A stretch of DNA of 64,000 nt from the human T2T-CHM13v2.0 reference genome, Homo sapiens, in the NCBI RefSeq assembly GCF_009914755.1, contig NC_060925.1. The stretch is one strand, 5' to 3'. This document shows, one piece after another, positions 15,240 to 27,520 of the stretch (position 1 is the first letter of the stretch; every line of letters begins with the position of its first letter). The notes below the pieces were generated by a model. It ran no database searches. It was not told where the DNA came from and worked only from the letters and a program-made list of their open reading frames with translations. The position numbers and the translations under genes were made by a program.

Positions 15240-17928
15240 AACTCTGTTTTTGAAAAATTTATTTTATACTCTTAGAAGCTAAGAACTTTGCCACACATGA
15301 ACCAAATTTAGAATTAAGGTTCTTCCCTAGTGTATCTACTTCCTTTTGAAATTTTATAAACAAGATTTTATACACAAGAGGTAGCAGAGGAAAATTCCAG
15401 TCTGCTTGTTCCAAGCTCAGAAGGTAACTGCACACACCTCGATGTTAGCAGGGAAGGTGGGGCAGGACAGGGTAAGTCTGATGATACGGCACTCTAGTTC
15501 CTAAAACTGACTGTAGTTGTCAGTGACCGTGTGAGGACTCCAGGAGAAGTCGTGGTGAGATGCCCGCTGGGATGCTTGTTTTCTTTCCCAGGATGCCTTC
15601 AACGGGCAGAATCGGCCATCTTAAGATCGGCCTCACTAAGGGAGCTTCTTGAGAACACACAGCATTATTGAGTTAATTGTGCAATTCCTGCTCTGTTTGC
15701 AGACCATTTTGAAAGGTTTATAAAAACATCTTCATCCAAAAAATTGGCAGTAAAAATGACAACTCTTCCAAGGTAAGCCTGTCATAACTGTCACTGTTGT
15801 ACTACATTAAAAAAAGTCATCAGCAGGTTCATTGACTGTAGCTGTCAGCAATCAAGTGGTTACCAGCAAAGTGAAAACGATGGTCATTGCAGCAACAATA
15901 TAAGCAACATGATCTGAAGCGTATAATATACACGGTGGACGATCCTGATGAACCTTTACAGTGAGGACGGCAGGTGCTAGGGGTGCGGAAGGCGTTGTTT
16001 CCATAGGAAATAAGGGGACTAGAAGTGGCAATTTCACTCCTGATTTTGGGCTCCTGAGAGTGCAGTCGCCAGCGATGATATCCCAGTGTGGATCATCGCC
16101 AGCATTTCAAGGTCATGTCCCACACAATCTCTTGGTGAGGATGTGGGCGGAGAGAAGGTGAGAATAGGGTAGGGGAAACAGTAGGACAGGAAGTATTCAC
16201 GTACTCAAAACCAATGGTAGAACATCACATTTCAAACTGCAAGACCATTGGAACCGTCTGAAGTTTGCCACTCGCCTCTGTCCGTTTCTCTAAGGGTACA
16301 GTTCTGCTCTTAAGTGCTGGCCCTTCCATCTTCTCAGTGTGTTTGACAAAGGCCACTGCCAACCTCCAGCAAGTCACAGAATAACAATGAAGTCTGACAG
16401 CACAGAAACCCTCACTGCCAGAGAATGAAAAGACTGGGCCATGGCGAGAGCACAGTAATGAGATGCCATCTGCCTGGCCACATGCCCACACAATGCCACA
16501 GCAGCCAGACAGGCACTTCAGGGCTGGCTGCGCCTCTGTGACTTGGCAAATCTGACAGTGAAAACCTGGCACTTCCTAAGGCTCCCTAGTTCTGTGCATG
16601 GTGAGATGAAAATAAGGCAGGACCTGTAACTAAAGGCAAAACAGGGCCGAAAATGTGAGCAATTCAAAATACAAAATGTACAAAATATATATGAAATATG
16701 TGGGTGTAAACCTCTCCCCCACACCATAAAAGGGAGCTGGTATAAATGAGTGAATGGTGCTATACTTTGGAAATACGACTAAATGGATGGTTATTCAATT
16801 GCTTTATATTTATTTCTGGGAAAATAAATCTTAAACCTTGACTGACTTTTCAGTGTTAATTAGTCATGTTGAGGAGAAACAAATTCTCAAATTCCTTCTC
16901 TGCATTACAATAACTATGAAACTCACAAGCAGTGTGTACCAACTCAAATAGTTAACTTCATATACAACCAATACCAAGGGTTTCAGTAATTATGTTTTAA
17001 GCAAAAGCAAACGATTGCAGATCACATGATTTAAGACTACAGTTTATTCAATATGTCTCCAAGCATTAAAAAGATAATTCTGTGAAGTTAAACTCAGTAA
17101 AATTATATCTTAAAGTGCTTTTATTTTGCTGTTTTTAAAATCTGTTTGGGGAACAACTCATAACTTCTTTAAGTAATTGATGTCAAATAATGCACCCTGT
17201 ACTTCTGGAGAACACAGCATTTTCAAAATTGCTCTTTTCAATCTAATTATATCAGAAAAATATCTTCAAGAGCTTAGTATTTCCCAATTTTTGATCCTGA
17301 TCCTGGTAACCTTTCATCAAGATCCAAGCTTATGCATAGGGTTCTCATCTAGACCCATCTGAAATTCTATACAAATAGGGAGACATATTAAATACAAAGG
17401 TCTGTGTAAATTGACTTAATTACTATTTTACAATGAAAAGGAATTTTATTACATCTTTACATCATTTTAAATTGGATATTCCTGTTTAATATTACTGCAA
17501 GATTAAAAATTTGCCCCCACATATCTAAAAGCAGCTTGCTTTTTCTTAAAATATAAAAACCAAAGGAATTTCTTTTGTAGCATCGTAGAGAAAGCAACAG
17601 CTTTATGCTCACTCTTGTATGTTCGTGTAACAAAAAAGTCTGCCACTGGCTCTATTTCCGAAAATCTCCACAGAAATGTGAATCCACATATAGACCACGC
17701 TCCCGGGACAGCTGATCCACATGCCGGAGTTCTCCCACTGCCAAACAGCTCCCAAACCTTCTAGTGGCTTAAAAATGCTTTCCTTGAGAAATACACGATC
17801 CGCCCAAGTCACAGCAGCTTTCCCAGTCCAATCTCCAGGCTCTTCCAAAGGGTTCGAGATTCTGATTCCAAGAAGGTGCTGAGCATCCAGTATTGTGTCT
17901 TGACTCCTCTCAGGCTGGGCATGTTCCT
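15240..17928 (-). other. USP24: USP24 3'UTR (~2.7 kb)
   Basis: Repeat-free, AU-rich sequence between the TAG stop and the distal PAS. Confidence 0.88.
15258..15263 (-). terminator. USP24: USP24 distal polyadenylation signal (AATAAA on - strand)
   Basis: TTTATT on + at 15258-15263; a further downstream hexamer at 15125-15130. Confidence 0.8.
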
Positions 17929-17991
17929 CTAGGGATCAACATCATCAAGGTCACTTCTCAACTCACCAATCATCATGGGAGATTCTGAACC
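17929..17991 (-). CDS. USP24: USP24 exon 68 coding part (stop TAG)
   Basis: cag|GGTTCAGAA...CCCTAG; GSESPMMIGELRSDLDDVDP*. Confidence 0.95.
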   Translation of the reverse strand, partial: GSESPMMIGELRSDLDDVDP

Positions 17992-18608
17992 CTGCAGAAA
18001 AGAAAAGGAAGTTAAAGTTCATACGGTTAGAGAAAAGGTTTTCTATGCTGACTTGTGTTCTGCAATTTAAACATGTCTTCATCTGGCAACTTAATGCAAT
18101 GTTTATCAAAGGGTAATAAAATGTGATAACTATTACATCTAATATTTGACAATTCATGATTATGTAAAACATGTACATTTCTATGATCTCATTTAGTCAG
18201 TGAAACAACCCAGCGACTTGTCTAAAGTCACAATGCTACTCTGCACCCATGTGAGAACGCAGAGCAGTGATAAAGCTGGGAGAGGCATTGATGGCCATTG
18301 TGCCCGCTTCACGTTGGGCACTGTGTGAGCCTCCCTGCCCTGCACCTGCCAAATATGGGCTCTGGGTCACTCCTGGGTCTGAAGGCTACCTCTGTTACCA
18401 TCTGTGTGGCCTTTGGCTTACACACTTGGCGAATCGTTCTGAATACTCACCGTGTGCCATGGGGCTGATCTAGTTGGAGCTGGGGTGGGGAGGAGCAAGG
18501 ACAGTCTCTCTAAAGTGACAACCTAAGCTGAGTGAGAGTTGGGGGTGAGTAGGGGGGCCCTGAGGTGGAAGGAAGAGAGTACATTTGATAAATAAAATTC
18601 AGAAAATG

Positions 18609-18783
18609 GGCCAGGCACAGTCGCTTATGCCTGTAATCCCAGCTACTTGGGAGGCTGAGGCAAGGAGAATCGCTGGAACCTGGGAGAAGGAGGTAGCAGT
18701 GAGGTGAGATTGCACCACTGCACTCCAGCCTGGGTGACAGAGCAACACTCCATCTCAAAAAAAAAAAAAAAAAAAAAAAAAAA
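18609..18783 (+). mobile_element. Monomeric Alu (left-arm start fused to right-arm body) with long A tail
   Basis: GGCCAGGCACAGTCGCTTATGCCTGTAATCCCAGC followed directly by TACTTGGGAGG...; flanking TSD TCAGAAAATG. Confidence 0.85.
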
Positions 18784-18789
18784 TCAGAA

Positions 18790-19560
18790 AATGGGGGTGG
18801 GGAGGTGCGCAGGTGCTAGATCAAGCAGGACTGTGTTGAGGATTCTGGCTTTTCTCCTCATACAAAGCCTTTGAAAGGTTTTAGTGCATGAACCAGAGAG
18901 AAGCAGGGGTGGAGGTGAGGGGATCCTTACAGACGTAGGCAGAGAGGGGCTGATGACAGGTGGAGGAGAGGGACGAGCACCCTTTCAAAGGGAGCTGTCC
19001 GGGATGACATGGGGGTGCTGTGTGTGAGATAAGGAACACTGACGGAGGGCCAGCTTTGGTGGGCGCAGGGAGGAGGGGCTGGGCACATCGAGTCTGAGGT
19101 CTTTAAGGTATGCCAAGTGGAGAACGTCAAGAACAAGAGAGCTGGATGTTCATGTTCAGAAATCCAAGGTGGGTGCGGAGAGAATATGGAGTGAGGGCAG
19201 GAGGATACAGGTTAGAGACTCCACAAACCTTTACTGGTGGTCCAGAAGAGGCAGTACTAGGAAGGAGACAGAGAAGGAACAGCCAGAAGGGTTTGAGGAA
19301 AACTACGAGAGAGAAGTGTCAGGAAAGCCCTGGAATAGTGTTTCAAACGGGAAGAGCGCCAGGAGCGCTAGATGCTGCCGAGCAGTCGGCTAAGATGAGG
19401 CCTGAAAGCTGCAGGCCACCTGTCACCCCAACTGCTGAGTTGGAGAGAAGAGGGAGTTAGCAGGGAAGAGGCTGAAGAGCGAGTGAGAGATAAGAAAATG
19501 GGGAAAGTTAAGTTTAGAGAATTAGTCGAAGTTTGGCTGCAAAGAAGAGAAAAGAAGGCA
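18790..19560 (+). mobile_element. L2 fragment(s)
   Basis: Purine-rich degenerate L2-like 3' region; boundaries approximate. Confidence 0.5.
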
Positions 19561-19572
19561 GGGGCAACAGGG

Positions 19573-19624
19573 AGAAGAGAGGCTTTGACAGGGCAGAAGA
19601 GAGGCTTTGACAGGGCAGAAGAGA
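19573..19624 (+). repeat. 22-bp tandem duplication (AGAAGAGAGGCTTTGACAGGGC)x2.4
   Basis: Read directly from the sequence. Confidence 0.93.
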
Positions 19625-20696
19625 AACCAGTGTGCTGAGACGTCGCTGGGAAGGGTCTGGCAGGGTGGAGCGTTCTGGATATTGAAGAGTTACATACACA
19701 TTAGAACGCAAAGCTCTGCCAAGGTGGGCGGGGATGAGCGCTAGGGGCTTTGGGTGGACAGAGGCAAACTTCCCACTGTCACAGGAGAGGAGACAAGAAC
19801 AGTGCAGATGCTTGGGAATTAGTGGCCGCAGGAGCTCTCCTGTGACAGCTTTTATTTTCTCTGCAAATGAAGTAGGTGATGAGGTAATGTGTGGAGTGAC
19901 CTTGGGCTAAGTCACATCACTGTGCTGGGCTGCAGTTACCTTTCTGTAAAATCAGGGTGACAGCTGCCTCACATAGTGCTTATGAGGATCCGAAAGATAA
20001 CACTTAAAAAAAAATGACACCTACTACATCAGTAACATTCATTTAATGGGGCCTATTCTGTACCAAGTACTGTGAAGGGACCACAGAGGAGACTGCTGTT
20101 AAGGAAAGTTACAGACTATTGGAAAGACGTAATGATTAACTGACACTTAGTTCAGTGTTTGCACACAGTGGGTGTTCAATACATATTTATTTTCTTTTTC
20201 TACTATAATGATTGGTATTAAAGCTGTTTTTTTTTCTTTTTTTAAAAATACATGTCAAAATTTTCTTGGACTCCCCTGGCAAGCAGGTATACTTCAAGAG
20301 CACGGGAGCTTTTCTTTCAAGAGTCCACATTTCCAGGAAGGCTGGTGAGAGCAAACGAGGGACTTTCAGTAACCTGGCAAGGCAGAATAAAGTGAACAAG
20401 CTGGAACGAATCCCCCTGTGCCCTGGCTTCATCGGGACTACCTGCAGGCTGATCAGGGTGGCCAGCCACAAACACCTCGAGGCCTTCCATTCACTTCACA
20501 CTGCAGCACTACTCAGCCCTGTAAACACACGGTTAGTGCATATGCTGAGCTGAGATCACTAGAGGGCAGCGCTGGTAACTCTTTGGACTCACATTCCAGA
20601 GGAAGCATCTTGTTTTCCCTCAGCTGTGGAAATTCTTTTTGGAAAGCTTAAGAGCAAGGCTGCCCTTTGCACACAAGGACATGCTGACCGTTATAC

Positions 20697-20807
20697 CTGC
20701 TGTAGATGCCTGTCTCCGTTCTCATTGGCAGGACTACTCTCCGACCCATTACTGCTTCCTGATTGCTCTTTTTCATTCAACAAAGCTGTGGCATACGCTA
20801 ACGTGTC
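20697..20807 (-). CDS. USP24: USP24 exon 67
   Basis: 111 bp, AG/GT; DTLAYATALLNEKEQSGSSNGSESSPANENGDRHLQQ. Confidence 0.95.
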
Positions 20808-21199
20808 CTGCAGAAGATTCAAACACAAGACGACAAAGTTAGGGCCCATTCAGTGGCAGCAGCAACCGCCAGGGAAGACTACCTTTCATCTGACCTTCAG
20901 TGGGACCGGAGGCCTGAGAGTGAGGCCTTCATCACAGTCACCAGAACCCCCTCAACCCCTGTCCCTTTTTGTGACCAGACTGCCCAACCTGTATGACTTT
21001 CCTTCTAGACAAATAATCTGCACAAATTTGTGTAAGTGTACACCAATCTGTTTTCTTTTCATAGAAATCCAATTGTTTCTTCTGCTTGTTCTCATCTTCA
21101 ACTCATACCTCTCTTCTCAGAGGTTGCAGTTTCTGAGAAACACACTGAAAATCCTCCATAAGTGATTTAGACCACGCAAAAACAAGAGACAACTCTCAC

Positions 21200-21286
21200 C
21201 TGAGCTGAAATGGTTCGCTGAAAGGTTTTTCCAGTTGATGTTTCATTAGAGACATTACTCTGTGGTGTCCAGTAATGTTCTGACAT
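21200..21286 (-). CDS. USP24: USP24 exon 66
   Basis: 87 bp; MSEHYWTPQSNVSNETSTGKTFQRTISAQ. Confidence 0.95.
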
Positions 21287-21668
21287 CTGAGATGAAAGGT
21301 CAAAAATGCCATCAGAGGTGACAAATAAGCCCCCATGGGTTCACAGTTTCTACCATTAGATATTGAGTCTTAAAAGCATCCCAAGTAGGGTACAAGTCTA
21401 CCCAGACCTTCCATCACATAAAGCGATTCAAGACCTCAGTCAAGTATTGCTTCTTATATCATCATCCCTACCTTTTCCCCTATGAAGTTAAGACATATGT
21501 ATTAGGACAAATTTAATGCACACAAGATATAAACTGTAGCAAAGAAATGTTTGAAATCTGAAAACACTTTAAGGTCAGTCTCCATATTCAGTTCCAGAGA
21601 TTTTTCCTGACAAGATGTGCTATTATTGATTCCTATGTTACAGCTAGAAAAATTCAATGTTCAGTTAC

Positions 21669-21744
21669 CTTCTTCTGTAGCCACTGCACAGCCCAGCTCC
21701 AGTGGTGGGAATTCTCCTTGAAGTACTCCTTAGCTGCAGGACAC
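21669..21744 (-). CDS. USP24: USP24 exon 65
   Basis: 76 bp; CPAAKEYFKENSHHWSWAVQWLQKK. Confidence 0.95.
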
Positions 21745-21854
21745 CTGATGACCGAGGAGATTTTTATTAGCCAAATTCTTTCTTTGCTTGTTCCTAGTGC
21801 TTCATTTTGAAACGTAAATGCTAGTTTCATTAAAATTCAGTTGTCTTTATATTT

Positions 21855-22130
21855 GTGATTCTACTTAAATGGGGTTCCTAGAGTAGTCAAATTCATGGAG
21901 ACAGAAATTACAATTGCTTCCCCCAGGGGCTGGGGGAAGGGAGGAATAGGGAGTCAGTCTTCAATAGGTCCAGAGTTTCAGTTTCAGAAGATGAAAAGAG
22001 TTCTGGAGATGGATGGTGGTGATGGTTGCACATCAGTGTGAATGTACTTAAAGTCACTGAACTATACACTTAAAAATGGTTCAAATAGTAAATTTTATGT
22101 TATGTACATTTCGCCACAATTAAAAAAAAA
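21855..22130 (+). mobile_element. Old L1 (L1MB-like) 3' end with poly-A
   Basis: GAGTTTCAGTTTCAGAAGATGAAAAGAGTTCTGGAGATGGATGGTGGTGATGGTTGCAC...AAATTTTATGTTATGT...A9. Confidence 0.8.
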
Positions 22131-22710
22131 AGAACCTTCATTTTGCAGTCAATCAGCCTGTGTTCAAGTTTTCACTCTATGACTCTAGGCATGTCACTTA
22201 AACTACCCATGATATATGACTCACAACTGTACTAACCTCATGAAGTTGTTACAAAGATGAAATAAGATAATACAGGCAAGGTTCTTGACACGGTGCCTGG
22301 GTTCACAAGTGCTCAGGAGCTACAGGTGACATGATTTGAAAGGCTATTCTGAGGTTAGGGACCTAGAGCCTGAAGAGCTGGTAGCTGGGTTACATTAATG
22401 AGAAACCTTGAGTGAAAGCTCATGAACTCTTGCTCTTAAAGCCTCCATATCTGCCCTGATTCCTGCCTTTCTGACATAAGGCCTGATGGGTGAGCTTTTC
22501 TGGGATTCTATAAAGATCTGTCACTCTTTTAATACTTCCCCTCATATTTTTTTGAGATCATGCAAATAGGTTTCTGTACCTTCCAAGCAAGCAGGCCCTG
22601 ACTGAGTCAGATTCTCCAGGTATCAAAACCGGGCACATGTTCCCCTTCTGCTCATATGTGACTTGTAATTAAAACACCATTTCCTCCCTGCATTTTAATT
22701 CAATACTTAC

Positions 22711-22789
22711 TTTTGAGCAAGAGTGACAAGAAATTTGACACACTGGTAGCAGCGACTACTGTCCACATGATTACTGTGGTGCATCAAAG
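22711..22789 (-). CDS. USP24: USP24 exon 64
   Basis: 79 bp; LMHHSNHVDSSRCYQCVKFLVTLAQ. Confidence 0.95.
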
Positions 22790-23223
22790 CTGAGGGAAGA
22801 GAAAAGGACATTTTAACAATAAAAGACTCAACTGAAAATGGCTCCAAGTGACAACAAGCTCTCTTGTTCTAAAAATCGACAAACTATTTTAATAAACAGA
22901 TAAGGAACAACTTAACTAAAAGCATGGTGGTGCCTGACTCAACAGAATCCCTAAATTCTAATGGGTGGAAACACTACTTTAAGTATGTTTAAAAAAAAAA
23001 AAAAAAAAAACCACAACAAAAAAAACATACATGGTGCTGCAAGTTTGACTTTTAGGAGAACTGAACAGGAACAAAACTTTTTACTGCCTGATTATTCACC
23101 TAGAGACTTTTCCACATATCATATTACTGAGAGTAGTTCTAGTACTTTTAGATTGATAAATGAAATTTTATGATGCTAGGGTCAGTTCAGCAATTATCAC
23201 CTGCTCTATGTTTTAGGGATTTA

Positions 23224-23570
<347 letters not shown>

Positions 23571-24334
23571 AATACTTGGTCCTGCTCTTGAGGAGTTTAT
23601 AGTTTTTAAGTTCCAGACGGCCTGTGTGTGGCTCTGACTAGAGTACAGCGTTCCAAAGGGTGGCCTGAAAAGCTGAAGCTACAAAACTTTTTAGCTTAAA
23701 TCTTCTTTCTACAACAGAAAAAGGCCCTAAATCTCTTAATACATAGCAAAATCTAAAATGATTCAGATTAAGTGGAAATACAGGTAAATGGTGGAAGCTG
23801 GCTAAAATTATTCTTAACTAAACTTTTTCTAATAAATAGCTCAGGAAAGCCAATTTAGCCTTCTGAAAAAGAAAGCCCTGCCCAAACAACTTAAGAGTAG
23901 ACTGTGAAAATATGGTTACGCTTACTATAGGTAAAAAGACATTCACATTTCATGAGCCTGACAACATCCTGCGTCTCAGGTTTTGGTTTTTCTCTCCCCA
24001 GTGGCTACAGAGTAGAATGAAAAATTTCTTGCATCAGGGAGTGGCCGTTAGCTTGTTGAAAAAAACTCACAGCACCCCTGAATCTTGCCTTATCTGGTAA
24101 AAGAATCCCAAGCTACACCTTCCTGACTAAAAGAGGAGAAATGTGTAGGGTGAGAAGATCCCTGGGTTTTAATTTTTCTGACCAGAATGAGGGAGCCCAG
24201 TGGCCCTGACCAGACTTCTACTGTATCAGTCACTGTAGATCCCACCGAGAGTAGCAGGAGGCAGAACTGGCCAGAACAATAGATTATCCACATATTTACT
24301 ATAGACATTTGTGCATAAGACCAGGCATACTTGC

Positions 24335-24401
24335 CTAGTAATCCATTTTCTGTCTCAAACACAAATTTGACTCGCTCTGCTTGTATAGGATCTTCAATAA
24401 C
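24335..24401 (-). CDS. USP24: USP24 exon 63 (GC donor; Ala2468)
   Basis: 67 bp; VIEDPIQAERVKFVFETENGLL; ends TAG|gcaagt, and the phase matches exon 64. Confidence 0.93.
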
Positions 24402-24503
24402 CTGGGAAAGGAAGAAACAAAAATTAGTAAATAAAAGAAGGAACTTGTCATAGCCACGGGTGCTTTCTTTATAATTCTACCCAAGAGATTAATTTAGTGT
24501 TTG

Positions 24504-24543
<40 letters not shown>
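24504..24543. repeat. (AAC)~13 microsatellite
   Basis: Read directly from the sequence. Confidence 0.95.
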
Positions 24544-24553
24544 AACCAATACA

Positions 24554-24860
24554 GGACGGGCATGGTGGCTCATGCCTGTTATCTCAGCACTTTGCAAGGC
24601 CAAGGCAGGAGGATCACTTGAGGCCAGGAGTTCTGAACTAGCCTGGGCAACAAAGCAAGATCCCATCTCTAAAAAATAAAAAAAGAAATTAGTTGGGCAC
24701 AGTGACATGTGCCTGTAGTCCCAGCTATACAGGAGGCTGAGGCAAAAGGATCATTTGTGCCTAGGAGTTTGAGGCTACAGTGAGCTACGACTGTGGCTCC
24801 AGCCTGGGCAACAGAGGGAGACTCTGTCTTGAAAAAAAGAAAACAAAACAAAACAAAAAA
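24554..24860 (+). mobile_element. AluJ-like
   Basis: Diverged dimer; TSD-like AAAACCAATACA / AAAACCCAATACA. Confidence 0.9.
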
Positions 24861-26103
24861 CCCAATACAAACAAATATTACACGGCTGCCACATATCTCA
24901 AATATATCTTAAAACTAAGAGAAAAAACTATTAAGTTATACTTAAAGGTCTATTCATTTCCTATCTATGTGTTGCTATCAACTAGATCTATAGTTCTCTG
25001 TGGGTTATGAGGACATATACTTTATGATCCTAAGGATAAGAGGTTTATGCTCTAACTTGCTTAGTAAAAATGTATTGAAGTTTTGCTATCATAGCTGTAT
25101 TTCTAGTTCTTAGTACTGAACTGTGCATGGTATAAAAACTATATGGGTTTGTTGTTGATAGATGAACAATACACAGTCCTATCCCTAAGGAGCAATAATC
25201 TGCCAAAGTCTGTAAAAGCACTAGGACCAAAAGGAAGTAAAGAACTTGAAAAATAAGCTTTTAACAAATGGCATCTATGATGTCTTTTCTTACTCAAAAC
25301 TCTTTATTAAATGATTATTCTGTGCCAAGGCCTCTATGGAGTATCAAGAATTCGAAGGGAACCCAGGCCCTCACTCTCTAAGGAACCTCTGAACCACACT
25401 CATTAACTCATAACCAGTCACCAAATTCCAATGATTCTCTTTCCACAATACCTCTTGATCTGTCTGTCCCTTGCCCCACCACAGGCCTTATTATTTCACA
25501 CTCAGAATATTCCCAGACTCCTAAATGGTCTTCTAGTTCCCAATCTTGCATCCTTCTTTACTCCATCCTTCAATACAACTGCCAGAGGATTTTTTTTTCC
25601 CCTGCTCTTCACACTTCTGAGAGTGGAAAGAATCCTACAATTGATTACATTTCAGTTTCATGGCTCTTAAAAATATTTTTCATAGTACGTACATACAGTC
25701 AATAGTGTCTAAGATTTGATAAACTATAAAGCCAGAAATGTACCTCTGAGGGTGACTGTGAAGTTTAAACCTAATATCATTTGCGCTAACACGATGCCTT
25801 CTCCACTGTAGGCCCTGGCAGGGGTTAACCATCACTATCACTCCCCTTCAGTCCCCTGCACTACAGTTGTTTGTGTACTTGTCTTGCTCCCTCACTCAAC
25901 TGTGAGCTCCTAGGAGGTAGTTTTATTACTGCTCGCCTCTAAACCAAATGCATTAGACACATGACTGACACGAAGATTTGGTCTCAATAAATGCAGACCA
26001 AATGAATGGAGAAATAATAAAAAGACATATAATTTTTTATTTATAAACACTTGTTGACTAATACATTCCTAAATAAAAGTGAGTCAGAACAGTTATGACT
26101 TAC

Positions 26104-26169
26104 CAATATTTCATGAAGTAGTTGGAACGTATTCTTTAACTCATGAGGTGGAGCCGTTTCTAGTTGGTT
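26104..26169 (-). CDS. USP24: USP24 exon 62
   Basis: 66 bp; NQLETAPPHELKNTFQLLHEIL. Confidence 0.95.
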
Positions 26170-27406
26170 CTGAAATATTTTTTAAAAGCATAAAAACTTC
26201 AGTGGAAAGCATATTGGAATGGCAATTAACAATGCTGGATCCACGTTCTAGCTCTATCACCTTCTGGCCGACCCTGGACAAGTCAATACTGCTTTCTAGG
26301 CCTTAGTTTCTCAAATGCTAAGTCTGGGAACTGAAATAAACAACCTCTAAGGTTCTTCCAGCTGCAACACTCTGATACTTTACTATGAAATTAGGAAGGA
26401 GAAAAGAAAAGAAAGAGTAGGGGAGATTTCAAGTCACTAAACAGATCCGATTTTATATATGTCCATATCCTAGTTTGTTTTCCAGAAGATGCTGGTAGAG
26501 CTACAAGAATACAAATGGGAATACTCTGAGTTAAGGATGCTATGAACAAAGTACATAAAAAGTCAGCTTATAAAATAGAAAAATGTGCCAAGATATACTA
26601 AGTGAAGAAGGCAAAATTCATAAAACACACTCCTTCAGCCATTTTAATAAAATTTATATGTATAAAAGTGGGAAAGGACATTGTGTTAAAATACCACACT
26701 TCCAAGAGGCCAGGTACAGTACTAAGTGAGCACTTCACGTATTATACCACCTCACTGAATCCTCACAACCTGTGAAGTCAGTCATAGAGGAAGAAACTGC
26801 CCAAGGTCATATAATTAGTAAATAGCAAAGAGAGGAACTTAATCTCCTCTGATATAGGTCTGTAGAGAAAAGGCTGAGGGCAAAACATATTATAATAAGA
26901 GCCTAAAGACATAATCCACTAATCACCTGCTTCTTGTTAACACTACATGTATCACCACTATAAATACTGGTGCATAAAAGAAGGCATGCAGAAATTCTGT
27001 GGGCAGAAACTAATATATACATAGTGGAAATTCATATAAAGAGGCCTGGAAGGAAATATCAATGTAACAGTGTTGGTCCCTGGGGTAGCGTGAGCAAGGA
27101 TGACTGGTGATGACCACAGTAGACTCTGGTCTCATTTCTTATTTATTTATTTATTATTTTCCTGGCCTATATTTTTTCTTTTGGCCTCATTTCTATGCTT
27201 AAATTTTTCCCAAAGAGAGTGTAGTAATTAATCCATGTAATTAAAAATTAAAGATTAAAAATGAATAAAACTGAGCCTATACTAGAATGATTAGGAAAAA
27301 CAACTTAGGCTATGAGAACAAGCATACTGCCTTGGAGCAAAAAGATGCTCTCCTAGAGTCTCACTTAAAGGCTATCTGGCTATCACTCGTTTAACTGAGG
27401 TCTTAC

Positions 27407-27520
27407 CTTAATGAAATGCAGCATTGTGAAGGAAAAATGCTCATTACAGAAACAGCAGTACACTACCATCTCAATGAGTGCCAAGAGCGAGCCTGTCAGC
27501 TCCCGCAAAGCAAACATTAC
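27407..27520 (-). CDS. USP24: USP24 exon 61
   Basis: 114 bp; VMFALRELTGSLLALIEMVVYCCFCNEHFSFTMLHFIK. Confidence 0.95.

Noticed and set aside
20626-21165. 179-aa plus-strand ORF antisense to USP24 exon 67
   Set aside because: It has a non-ATG start, no domain similarity and low-complexity intronic composition; probably a chance ORF.
24469-24708. Poly-Asn / poly-Leu ORFs
   Set aside because: They are translations of the (AAC)n microsatellite plus the adjacent Alu.
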